This document shows positions 16,280 through 24,528 of a stretch of 32,000 nucleotides of DNA, piece after piece. Both the position numbers and the translations under genes were made by a program. Source of the DNA: Desulfatiglandales bacterium. GTDB taxonomy: Bacteria > Desulfobacterota > DSM-4660 > Desulfatiglandales > Desulfatiglandaceae. Under the pieces are notes generated by a model. That model was not told where the DNA came from and did no database searches. It saw nothing but the letters and a program-made list of their open reading frames with translations. The first letter of the stretch is position 1, and each line of letters begins with the position of its first letter. The stretch is from contig OY759599.1 of assembly GCA_963662465.1 (NCBI GenBank), positions 4,005,403 through 4,037,402 on the forward strand. Reading direction: 5' to 3'.

Positions 16280-17503
16280 TCAAAAAATCTTCAACGCGAC
16301 ATCAATAACCGCTTCAGCGAAGGCCGGATCCTCCATATTGGCATCCACCTCCGTGATGGGAATGTTCGGATTCAACTTCTCTCGGAGTACCGCTGTAAAT
16401 ACCCGGTCTTCCTCCGGATCGAAAGTGGCGTTTCCCGGATAATCCGCCCCGGACCAACCCTTTTGGGGCACCATCACCCGCACCGGCCCTTTCGCCCGGT
16501 TCAGTTTTTCCGCAAATGCCGCCGCTACCTGTTTCAACTCGTCAGGAGAAAGCCTGATCCAGGTACGGAGTTTATCCAGGTCATATTTCCTGCGCTCATG
16601 GTATTCGGGTTTGTATTTGCGTTTGGAAGGGGTCATATGATTGACGCTGCAGGTGGAAATGATCTGCGGCACGCCCGCGTTGCCGGCGGCCTCCATCCGG
16701 TGAGGGCCCGCATCCCTCATGAACCCGAAGAGATGTTCGCCCACGCCTCCCGGCGCCAGATCGATCACCCCCTGAAAAAGGCCTGCCGCCATCATTTCTT
16801 CCATGGCGCGATCGCTGATGCCGGCCGCTGAAAAACCGGTTACCTGGTAGCCTTTCCCTTCCAGGGCCTTTCGAACCGAACTGGCGCACTGCTCGCAGGG
16901 CCCCAGCATGGTCATGGCAATGGATTTTGCCGTTTCAGCCCGGGATGATGTCACCACACTCTGAAGCATACCGGCCAGGGCGCAGGCGGCCCGGTCCATG
17001 ACATTTTTCAAGAGATCCGTCACCCCTGCTATTTCGATGACCGAATGAAACAGGATGATATCCCCTGTGCCGATGTACCGGGTGGAGAGCCCGGGTAGCG
17101 CCGCTGTTGAGGAAATCATGAGCTTGGGAAGACCAAAGGGGAGGGACCGCATGACTTCGGTGGCCATCAGACTTCCGGTGGACCCCCCCATGGCAATCAC
17201 CCCATGCAGCTTCCCCTGGGCAAACAGGTCGCCTGCGATTTTGGACGCCCCTTTAATGGTAATATTCGTGTTTTTAGCGCGATCCCTGGAGGCGTGTATC
17301 TCTTCCAGACTGCTCCCCCCGGCTTCGGCAACCTGCGCCGGGGTAATATCCGCCGGAGATGCCCCTTTCCCCCGCATGGAAATATCCATGAGCAGGGGGG
17401 TAACCCCAAGGGACAAAATCTTGTCCCTCAGGTACAGGGTCTCAACGCCTTTGGTATCCAGGGTGGAAATAATCAAGGCTGTTTTCGGGTTTGAATTTTC
17501 CAT
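16280..17503 (-). CDS. UPF0261 / Tm-1-like ATP-binding domain protein
   Basis: About 407 aa. The N-terminus ALIISTLDTKGVETLYLRDKI...GVIAMGGSTGSLMAT matches my recollection of the UPF0261 (Tm-1 N-terminal) family. The ATG at 17503 shares its A with the ligase TGA (TGATG). Confidence 0.7.
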   Translation of the reverse strand: MENSNPKTALIISTLDTKGVETLYLRDKILSLGVTPLLMDISMRGKGASPADITPAQVAEAGGSSLEEIHASRDRAKNTNITIKGASKIAGDLFAQGKLHGVIAMGGSTGSLMATEVMRSLPFGLPKLMISSTAALPGLSTRYIGTGDIILFHSVIEIAGVTDLLKNVMDRAACALAGMLQSVVTSSRAETAKSIAMTMLGPCEQCASSVRKALEGKGYQVTGFSAAGISDRAMEEMMAAGLFQGVIDLAPGGVGEHLFGFMRDAGPHRMEAAGNAGVPQIISTCSVNHMTPSKRKYKPEYHERRKYDLDKLRTWIRLSPDELKQVAAAFAEKLNRAKGPVRVMVPQKGWSGADYPGNATFDPEEDRVFTAVLREKLNPNIPITEVDANMEDPAFAEAVIDVALKIF

Positions 17504-19158
17504 CAACCCTGCTCCGCCTCGACTTTTTCTTTAATCATCTTTTTCAATGTTTCCTTGTTGACCTTGCCGGAATCCCCCACCGCCGGGAATTCGGCCACCA
17601 CTTCCAGACGTTCCGGGAGTTTAAACATGGCCAGTTGCTTTTCTTTCAAAAAAGCCAGCATTTCATCAAAGGTAAAGGTTTCACCCGGCTTGGGAATCAC
17701 GTAAGCGGCGCACTTCTCTCCCATGGCCCGATCCGGATACCCCACAATGGCCACGGATGAGACCTTGGGATGCTCATTGAGCAGACCTTCCACTTCCGCG
17801 GGATAGATGTTCTGACCGCCGCGAATGATCATATCCTTGGCACGACCCATGATCCAGAGGCAGCCCTGGTCGAAACACACGATGTCTTCGGTGGTACACC
17901 ATCCGTCTTCATCAAACACCGTGGCCGTCAATTCCTCGTCCCGGTAATATCCGGCCGGTGCGTGGGGGCCTCTTAAATAGAGAATTCCCGGATCGCCCTC
18001 GGGCACCACATTCCCCTCTTCATCCACAAGACGCACCTTGTTGCCGGGGAGCATTCGGCCCACGGTCCGCCGCCTGAGTTCCTTGGAATCTTCCACGCTG
18101 CAACCGGAGACAGACCCCTTGTCCTGGGTGCCCAGGTCGCTGGTAATACTGGCCCCGAAAGCCTCTTCCGCTTCTTCCGCCACCTGGGGAGACAGATATC
18201 CGCCGGCAGACCGAATAAACCGCAGGGAACTCAGATCATATTTTTTAACATCCGCTTCCAGCATCCGCACCAGATGGGTGGGCACCACGCCGATGGCCGT
18301 GGCTTTTTCCTTCTCGATGAGGGCCAGTGCCCCTTCGGGTGTAAATTCCTCAAGCATGACGGTCTTGGCGCCGGCAATGGGGGCCGCAAAATAGGTGAGG
18401 GTTCCGGCTGCCCCACCCGCATGGGGCGCTATGGCCATGGTGATGTCATCTTTATTGAGATTCCAGATGCCCACCCGACCCTTGGAGGTGCAAACCCGGG
18501 GCGCTGTCGGCCATTCCACCAGCTTGGGAATTCCCGTAGTGCCGCTGGTGGTGGTCAACAATGCCACATCCCATTTGGCATCCAACCGTCGGTCGTTTAA
18601 GACCGCTTCGTCTATGGGCTTTTGCATCCGTTCTTCCACCATTTGAACCACCGAATAGGTCCCTTCCGGGGCGCCTTCGGGAACCTTATCGTCAAACAGG
18701 AAAAAGTATTTCAAGTGAGAGAAGCGTTTCTGAAGATCCTTGTACATGTCCAAATAATTGAATTTGTGATAGACTTCCGGGATTACCACGGCCGCGGCCT
18801 CGGTTTTCTCCAACATGTACTCCAACTCCCGCTGTCGCAGATAGGGATAAACCGTGAGAGAGATGAGGCCCGCCCGTTCACAGGCAACCCGGGCCAGGAA
18901 TCCGTAAACGCTGTTGGGGGACTGGATAATGACCCTGGCCGATTTGGGAATGCCCATTTCCACCCAGGACATGGCCATGGCATCCACCATCTTTTTGGCC
19001 TGGGCCCAGGTCACGCGATATTTGGAATCCACCAGCGCTTCCTGGTCGGGCATTTCCCTGGCGTTGCGATCATAAAAATCATAGAATAATTCTTCGGTCC
19101 AGTGTCCGTCATCTAAGAATTCCTGCACCATTTTTTCTTTATATCGAATCGGTTTCAT
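17503..19158 (-). CDS. AMP-forming acyl-CoA/aryl-CoA ligase (adenylate-forming superfamily)
   Basis: 551 aa. AMP-binding signature LLTTTSGTTGIPK, GYYRDEE, WCTTEDI and IIRGGQNIYPAEVE. AGGGAGG SD. Confidence 0.9.
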   Translation of the reverse strand: MKPIRYKEKMVQEFLDDGHWTEELFYDFYDRNAREMPDQEALVDSKYRVTWAQAKKMVDAMAMSWVEMGIPKSARVIIQSPNSVYGFLARVACERAGLISLTVYPYLRQRELEYMLEKTEAAAVVIPEVYHKFNYLDMYKDLQKRFSHLKYFFLFDDKVPEGAPEGTYSVVQMVEERMQKPIDEAVLNDRRLDAKWDVALLTTTSGTTGIPKLVEWPTAPRVCTSKGRVGIWNLNKDDITMAIAPHAGGAAGTLTYFAAPIAGAKTVMLEEFTPEGALALIEKEKATAIGVVPTHLVRMLEADVKKYDLSSLRFIRSAGGYLSPQVAEEAEEAFGASITSDLGTQDKGSVSGCSVEDSKELRRRTVGRMLPGNKVRLVDEEGNVVPEGDPGILYLRGPHAPAGYYRDEELTATVFDEDGWCTTEDIVCFDQGCLWIMGRAKDMIIRGGQNIYPAEVEGLLNEHPKVSSVAIVGYPDRAMGEKCAAYVIPKPGETFTFDEMLAFLKEKQLAMFKLPERLEVVAEFPAVGDSGKVNKETLKKMIKEKVEAEQG

Positions 19159-19179
19159 GTGACGCCTCCCTAATAATCA

Positions 19180-19215
19180 GGTAATGGGGTAATCGGTAAT
19201 GAGGTAATGGGTAAT
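19180..19215. repeat. Five tandem GGTAAT units at alternating 8/7-bp spacing
   Basis: GGTAAT at 19180, 19188, 19195, 19203 and 19210. On the mRNA strand this is ATTACC x5, ending 8 nt upstream of the ligase SD. Confidence 0.85.
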
Positions 19216-19263
19216 GGGCGACAGGCCCGAAATGCACGACCCGTCGCCCATATGTCGGAAATC

Positions 19264-20673
19264 CTAAAATCCCAGCTCGGACCAGCGGCCCTTGACCTTG
19301 GCGACCATATCCGGATCCAGAACAATGGGGATGGGTTTGTCTTTCCATTCATAGGGGATGGTGGCATCGAGAAGCAACCTGCCCGTAATCTCCCGGCTCT
19401 CAATGGGCAGAGAGGGATCCAGAGGTGTGGATCGGCCCCGTTTGATGACCTGGCTTCGGTTGGGCTGGAACCGGAAACTCAAGGCGTACATGACCCTGGG
19501 GATATCCCAGGCATCGATGTCGTCGTCCACCACGATAACGGTCTTGAGACCGTAGGCCCCCATTTCCGTCGAAATGGCTGCGGTCAGCACCTGATCGGCG
19601 TGACCCGGGTACTTGGTCTCCACGGAGATAATGGCCAGAAACCGTCCGGAACCTTCGGGCGGGCAATAAACGCTCTTGATCCCGGGGATCCGCATCTCAT
19701 CGGTCAACTGCTGCCACAGGGTGGCGCCGTAGGAAAGGGCCATGACCATATGGGTGTCGGTGACGGCCCGACCCACCGTGGTGGAATACATGATGGGATT
19801 GTCGCGGTGGGTGATGCACTTGATGTCCATAAAGTTTCTGGGATCAGTCCCCACGCCGGAATAGTATCCGGTGTACTCGCCGAAGGGGCCTTCATCCATG
19901 AATTTTTCGGGATCACACAAGCCTTCCAGTACGATCTCCGCATGGGCGGGAATAGGAAGATCCACGGTTTCTCCCTGGACCACTTCGCAGGCCTCGCCGC
20001 GAATGGAACCATAAACATCGTATTCGCTGATGTTGGCCGAAACCCTGGCAGCGCCCAGGATAAACAGGAGAGGATCGCAGCCAATGATGGAAGCGCAGGG
20101 CATGGGTTTTCCCATTTTCTGGTATTTTTTCAGCATCTGGTCCGCATGTTTCCCTTTAATAAACTGGGTTCCGATTTTGTTTTTGCCCAGCAACTGGCTT
20201 CTGTAGGTTCCCAGGTTCACCCACCCGGAATCGGGATCCTTGGTGATAATAAAATGGGCCGTCCCGATAAATCGTCCACCGTCCAGGGGGAAGAAATGGG
20301 GCACGGGAAACTTGTAAAGATCCACATCGTCGCCCATGATGATATTCTGTTTGCAGGGCGCGTCTTTTTTCTCCACCATTTTGGGAGGAATGGGGTTTCG
20401 GCCCATGTTCACCCACCCTCGCAGAATCTCCGGAAGCGGCGTATCCTTGGGCATTCCCAGGATGAGGGCCAATTTCTGGGCGGAGGTGCAGGTACTGGTA
20501 ATCACCGGGGTATCATAGTCCTTGACATTTTCAAAGAGAAGCGCCGGACCTTGGGCTTCCTCATTGAGCTTGGCAATGTGGCTTAACTCGAGGTTCCAGT
20601 CCACTTCCGCGGTGATTCTCTTCAGTTCGCCTTCCTTTTCGGCCAGTTCAATAAAATCTCGCATGCTTTTCAT
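19264..20673 (-). CDS. UbiD-family (prFMN-dependent) decarboxylase/carboxylase
   Basis: 469 aa. Family signature EGPFGEYTGYY and N-terminal MRDFIELAEKEGELKRI. AGGGAGG SD. The large + ORF 19207..20586 is its antisense shadow. Confidence 0.9.
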   Translation of the reverse strand: MKSMRDFIELAEKEGELKRITAEVDWNLELSHIAKLNEEAQGPALLFENVKDYDTPVITSTCTSAQKLALILGMPKDTPLPEILRGWVNMGRNPIPPKMVEKKDAPCKQNIIMGDDVDLYKFPVPHFFPLDGGRFIGTAHFIITKDPDSGWVNLGTYRSQLLGKNKIGTQFIKGKHADQMLKKYQKMGKPMPCASIIGCDPLLFILGAARVSANISEYDVYGSIRGEACEVVQGETVDLPIPAHAEIVLEGLCDPEKFMDEGPFGEYTGYYSGVGTDPRNFMDIKCITHRDNPIMYSTTVGRAVTDTHMVMALSYGATLWQQLTDEMRIPGIKSVYCPPEGSGRFLAIISVETKYPGHADQVLTAAISTEMGAYGLKTVIVVDDDIDAWDIPRVMYALSFRFQPNRSQVIKRGRSTPLDPSLPIESREITGRLLLDATIPYEWKDKPIPIVLDPDMVAKVKGRWSELGF

Positions 20674-21061
20674 CAGATCATACCTCCCTAAATGGATATT
20701 TTCCGCGTTTCACCGAATTACTCTGCAATGTCCCATCGACACCCATTATCAGCGACAAAAACGCGATCACAAGCATTCTTTTTTTGCAACTTTTCCAAAA
20801 CACAACTCCCGCCCCCCAAAGACCTTCCAAACGTTCACTGAAACGAACAATCGTCCTCAAACACCGGCAGGGCCGCGCCCGGGCGACAGGCCTCCAACAT
20901 TCCGGGGAAAACAGACTATCGAATTGAATAATCTAACAAAAAAATAATCAAAAACCGAAGCAGTCGAATTGTACGGCGGGTTCATTCAGACGAAAACCAG
21001 TATTAAGTGGAAGCATAATCCTTCATAAAAAAAATTGTGTCAATTGCATTATTTTTATGGT

Positions 21062-21084
21062 ATTCATAACCTCTAATTATGAAT
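21062..21084. promoter_or_regulatory. LTTR-box-like inverted repeat (ATTCATAA-N7-TTATGAAT)
   Basis: Perfect 8-bp arms at 21062-21069 and 21077-21084, containing the T-N11-A architecture. It lies 66-88 bp upstream of the lysR start in the lysR / ubiD divergent region. Confidence 0.5.
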
Positions 21085-21149
21085 GGTTCCGTCCCATAAA
21101 AAACGTGATATTATTACCGTTAAGTGATTAAGATGGATGATTTTCGACC

Positions 21150-22112
21150 ATGCTGAATTTCAACCAACTCCGCATCTTTTACCATGCAGCCAGGAATTTG
21201 AATTTCACCGCCGCCGCCAGGGATCTTTTCATCACCCAGCCTGCTGTAACCGCTCAAATTAAACTGCTGGAAGAATATTGCAGTTTGAAACTATTCAGAA
21301 AAAAAGGTCGCGGCGTCTATTTGACCGATGAGGGCCGGGCACTTTTTGAATACACCAAACATGTATTTGATTACGAAAAGGAGATCGAGTTCGCCATCGA
21401 GGAAATGCGGGAATTGAAACGGGGCATCCTCAGACTGGGAACCACCAAGACCTATGCACGGTACTTCATGCCCTTTCTGCTGACGCGATTCCATCAGACC
21501 TATTCCGACATTCGCATCCACCTGGACGAAGGCAGCTCTCAGGCCATGGTGCAAAGCCTCATTGATTTTAAAAACGAAATCGTCATTATCGCCAAAATCA
21601 CAAGCCATCCAGGGGTCCGCTTTCTGCCCCTCAGCCGGGAAGGCATTGTGGTAATCGCCCATCCCGACCATCCCCTGGCCGGAAAAGCCGCCATTTCAAC
21701 GGAGGAACTGGCAGAGGAGAGAATCATTATGAAAGAAGGGGGCTCCGGAACAAGGCATCTCATTGACGACCTGTTCATCCGAGCCAACCGGACGCCCAAC
21801 ATCGTCATGGAAACCAGCAACACGGAATTCATCAAACTGGAAGTCCAGCGGGGAGAAGGGATCGCCTTTCTGGTGGAATCCGCGGTTTTGCTGGAACTGG
21901 AACAAGGGCTATTGACATCTCTTCCCATCCATGATCAGACCCTCTTTCTGAATGTGAGCATCGCTTATCTGGAAGATCAACAACTCTCCCCCCCTTCCAG
22001 GGCTTTCCTCGAAACCCTGACAAACCTGAGCGGCAACGACATCCCCGCTTTGGGCATCGGCGCCCTGATGACGAAGATCCGAACCCATCGCGACGGCCTG
22101 ACGGCAACATGA
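21150..22112 (+). CDS. LysR family transcriptional regulator
   Basis: 320 aa. N-terminal LNFNQLRIFYHAARNLNFTAAARDLFITQPAVTAQIKLLE, followed by a periplasmic-binding-like effector domain. Confidence 0.9.
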   Translation: MLNFNQLRIFYHAARNLNFTAAARDLFITQPAVTAQIKLLEEYCSLKLFRKKGRGVYLTDEGRALFEYTKHVFDYEKEIEFAIEEMRELKRGILRLGTTKTYARYFMPFLLTRFHQTYSDIRIHLDEGSSQAMVQSLIDFKNEIVIIAKITSHPGVRFLPLSREGIVVIAHPDHPLAGKAAISTEELAEERIIMKEGGSGTRHLIDDLFIRANRTPNIVMETSNTEFIKLEVQRGEGIAFLVESAVLLELEQGLLTSLPIHDQTLFLNVSIAYLEDQQLSPPSRAFLETLTNLSGNDIPALGIGALMTKIRTHRDGLTAT

Positions 22113-23155
22113 AACCCAAAGCACCAAAACCACCGAAGTCTTCACGGAAAGCAAAGCAGACCCTACTGGTAACGGCATTTCTCTTCCTGTCATGCCTTTT
22201 GCTCATTGCCGCCTGGGGATACCAGACTTTTCAGCCGGTGAATAAAGTGGGGAAAAACCAATATTTCGTGGTGCGGGAGGGGGCAACCCTGAAACAGGTG
22301 GCACTGGACCTCAAAAAAACCGGCATCATCCGGAGCGCCCCCCTCTTTCGCCTGGCAGGCCGCCTCAAGGATTATGACAACCGGATCAAAACGGGAGAGT
22401 ATCAGTTAAACAGCGACATGCCGCCTTTAGTCATTCTTGAAATCCTGGAAAAAGGCCAAATCTTCACCCACTCCGTTACCATTCCTGAAGGCTTCAACCT
22501 GGAGCAGATTGCGGAATTGCTGAACGAAAAAGGCCTTGTCAACAAAAAAGCGTTCATGGAACAGGCTAAAGACGAGACACTGGCGAAGCGCCTGGGATTT
22601 TCCGGGGGAACACTGGAAGGATATCTCTACCCGGATACCTACCGGTTTCGACGGGATGAAACCCCTGAGAGAGTCATCGGCGTCATGGTGAAACGTTTTC
22701 GGAACATTGTCTCACCCCTGGATCCACAGATAAAAGATTCGGGCATGACGTTGAAACAGGTCATCACCCTCGCATCCATCGTGGAAAAAGAGACGGGTTG
22801 CCCGGAAGAAAGACCCATGATTGCCCGCGTCTTTCTGAACCGTTTGAAAAAAAACATGCGCCTTGATAGTGATCCAACGGTCATATACGGCATCAAGGAC
22901 TTTAACGGGAACCTTACCAAGAAGGATTTAAAAACCAAAACACCTTACAACACCTATGTCATCAAAGGGCTCCCCCCCGGCCCCATCGCAAATCCCGGGC
23001 TGGCATCCATCCAGGCCGTTTTGAATCCCGCGGAGAGCAACTATTACTATTTCGTTTCCAAAAATAACGGCGCCCATTATTTCTCGGAAACATTGAATGA
23101 ACACAACCGGGCCGTGAGGCGGTTTCAGAAAGTCAGACCCAAAAACAGAGGTTAA
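22109..23155 (+). CDS. mltG: Endolytic murein transglycosylase MltG (YceG-like)
   Basis: 348 aa. N-terminal TM anchor, LASIVEKET (catalytic Glu region), and NTYVIKGLPPGPIANPG. ATGA overlap with the lysR stop. Confidence 0.9.
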   Translation: MKPKAPKPPKSSRKAKQTLLVTAFLFLSCLLLIAAWGYQTFQPVNKVGKNQYFVVREGATLKQVALDLKKTGIIRSAPLFRLAGRLKDYDNRIKTGEYQLNSDMPPLVILEILEKGQIFTHSVTIPEGFNLEQIAELLNEKGLVNKKAFMEQAKDETLAKRLGFSGGTLEGYLYPDTYRFRRDETPERVIGVMVKRFRNIVSPLDPQIKDSGMTLKQVITLASIVEKETGCPEERPMIARVFLNRLKKNMRLDSDPTVIYGIKDFNGNLTKKDLKTKTPYNTYVIKGLPPGPIANPGLASIQAVLNPAESNYYYFVSKNNGAHYFSETLNEHNRAVRRFQKVRPKNRG

Positions 23156-23160
23156 ATGTC

Positions 23161-23190
23161 TTGACATAGCCCAATAATTTCCAATATATG
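23161..23190 (+). promoter_or_regulatory. Sigma70-like promoter candidate for the CoA-transferase / thiolase operon
   Basis: TTGACA (23161-23166), 17-18 nt spacer, then ATATAT/TATATG (23184-23190). Confidence 0.4.
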
Positions 23191-23259
23191 AAAGGTTTTC
23201 CGGCACGGGGCAACAAAAGACCTTTTTGTCGGACCGTCATGATATCAAGGAGCATCCGA

Positions 23260-24450
23260 ATGGATCTTTTTAAAAATCTCACCGTGTTATCCCTGGAACA
23301 GGCTACCGTATTACCCTATTTGACCTATAGACTCGCCCATGAAGGGGTGCAGGTGATTCGATTGGAACACCCGGTTTATGGGGACCCCAACCGGCTCATC
23401 GGCGAAAACGTTCTGAACGAAGAGCGCATGAACAGCTATTTTTTGTGCATCAATGCCGGAAAAAAGGCCCTCACCCTGAACCTGGCCGAACCGGAGGGCC
23501 GGGAAATTTTCCACAAACTCATCCGTGAACTGAAAATCGATGCCTTTACCACCAACCAGCTTCCCAAAAACTACAAAAAACTGGGCATCGACTACGAGAC
23601 TCTGAAAGCGTTGAAACCGGATATCATATGGCTCGGCGTCACGGGATTCGGACCGGACAGCAACGAAGGGGCCTACGATCCCATCCTTCAGGCCAGAAGC
23701 GGATTAATGGAAATGACCGGAGAAGCAACGGGCGCCCCCCAGGTTCTGGGCATTCCCCTGCCCGATATGGGGACCAGCGAACATGCCTATGGGCAGTTGA
23801 TGAAAGCGTTCTACCGCCGCGAGGCCACGGGACAAGGGTCATGCATCAACCTCTCCATGTTTGAATCGTCCCTTTCCTGGCTGACAGTTCCCATCACTTT
23901 TACAGCCAGCTTTGACAAGAAAAGCACCCGGCGGGGCAACACCCATGAGTTCTTCTGCCCGGTTTCGGTTTATAAAACCCGCGACGGCTTTGTTTATCTG
24001 GCCGTTGGAAACGACCGACAATGGCAATCCCTGGTCTCCCAGGATATTTTCAAATCCCTGGACAGGCCGGACTATCAAAAAAACGCGGGGCGTATCGCGG
24101 ATGTTCATCGCGTAAATCAGCTGATCGAGGAAATCACCATCAACCACACTGCCGGTGATCTGATTCAGCTATTCAAATCCATCACCCTTCCCGCAAGCAA
24201 GATTAACACCATAGCGGAAGTGGTGGCGGATCCTCTTGTGGCGCGGCGGCTTCTCTTTGCCGAGGATGAAAAAACCGGCGCTAAAATCACGTTGGCGCCA
24301 CCCCCGTACATGACCCCATGGCTTGAGCAATCCAATCGAAGGTTGTCTTTCCCTCCCCGTTTTGGTGAACATAACCGGGAGATTTATGGCGAGCGTCTTG
24401 GATATACCCCTGATGCATTGAAACGCCTGAAGGAAAATAAGGTGATATAA
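23260..24450 (+). CDS. Family III CoA-transferase (second paralogue)
   Basis: I prefer ATG 23260 (AAGGAG 7 nt upstream), giving 396 aa. TVLSLEQATVLPYLTYRLAHEGVQVIRLE and GAYDPILQARSGLMEM are present. Confidence 0.9.
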   Translation: MDLFKNLTVLSLEQATVLPYLTYRLAHEGVQVIRLEHPVYGDPNRLIGENVLNEERMNSYFLCINAGKKALTLNLAEPEGREIFHKLIRELKIDAFTTNQLPKNYKKLGIDYETLKALKPDIIWLGVTGFGPDSNEGAYDPILQARSGLMEMTGEATGAPQVLGIPLPDMGTSEHAYGQLMKAFYRREATGQGSCINLSMFESSLSWLTVPITFTASFDKKSTRRGNTHEFFCPVSVYKTRDGFVYLAVGNDRQWQSLVSQDIFKSLDRPDYQKNAGRIADVHRVNQLIEEITINHTAGDLIQLFKSITLPASKINTIAEVVADPLVARRLLFAEDEKTGAKITLAPPPYMTPWLEQSNRRLSFPPRFGEHNREIYGERLGYTPDALKRLKENKVI

Positions 24451-24528
24451 AATTTACTGATAGACTGTGATATCAGGCACTTGAAACATAACACTTAAAA
24501 CTTAAAACGTTTTTTGAAAGGAGCAAAC

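Noticed and set aside
19207-20586. 459-aa + strand ORF opposite ubiD
   Set aside because: The translation is Gly/His/Asp-rich with no motifs. The opposite strand encodes a clear UbiD-family protein. The same reasoning applies to 10642..11436, 11806..12420, 3471..4127, 4493..5296, 7479..7970, 24502..24984, 24988..25569 and 25627..26262.
20780-20800. Possible sigma-54 promoter TTGGAAAAGTTGCA upstream of ubiD (minus strand)
   Set aside because: Only 7 nt separate the GG and GC dinucleotides, whereas the consensus needs 10. A similar near-miss TGGGTTCACGATGCA at about 14550-14565 is one nt short.
19216-20892. Identical 12-mer GGGCGACAGGCC on both sides of ubiD (19216-19227 and 20881-20892), considered as possible flanking direct repeats
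   Set aside because: A rough expectation (about N^2/2 position pairs times 4^-12 for N=32000) is well above one chance match. Neither copy extends beyond 12 nt.
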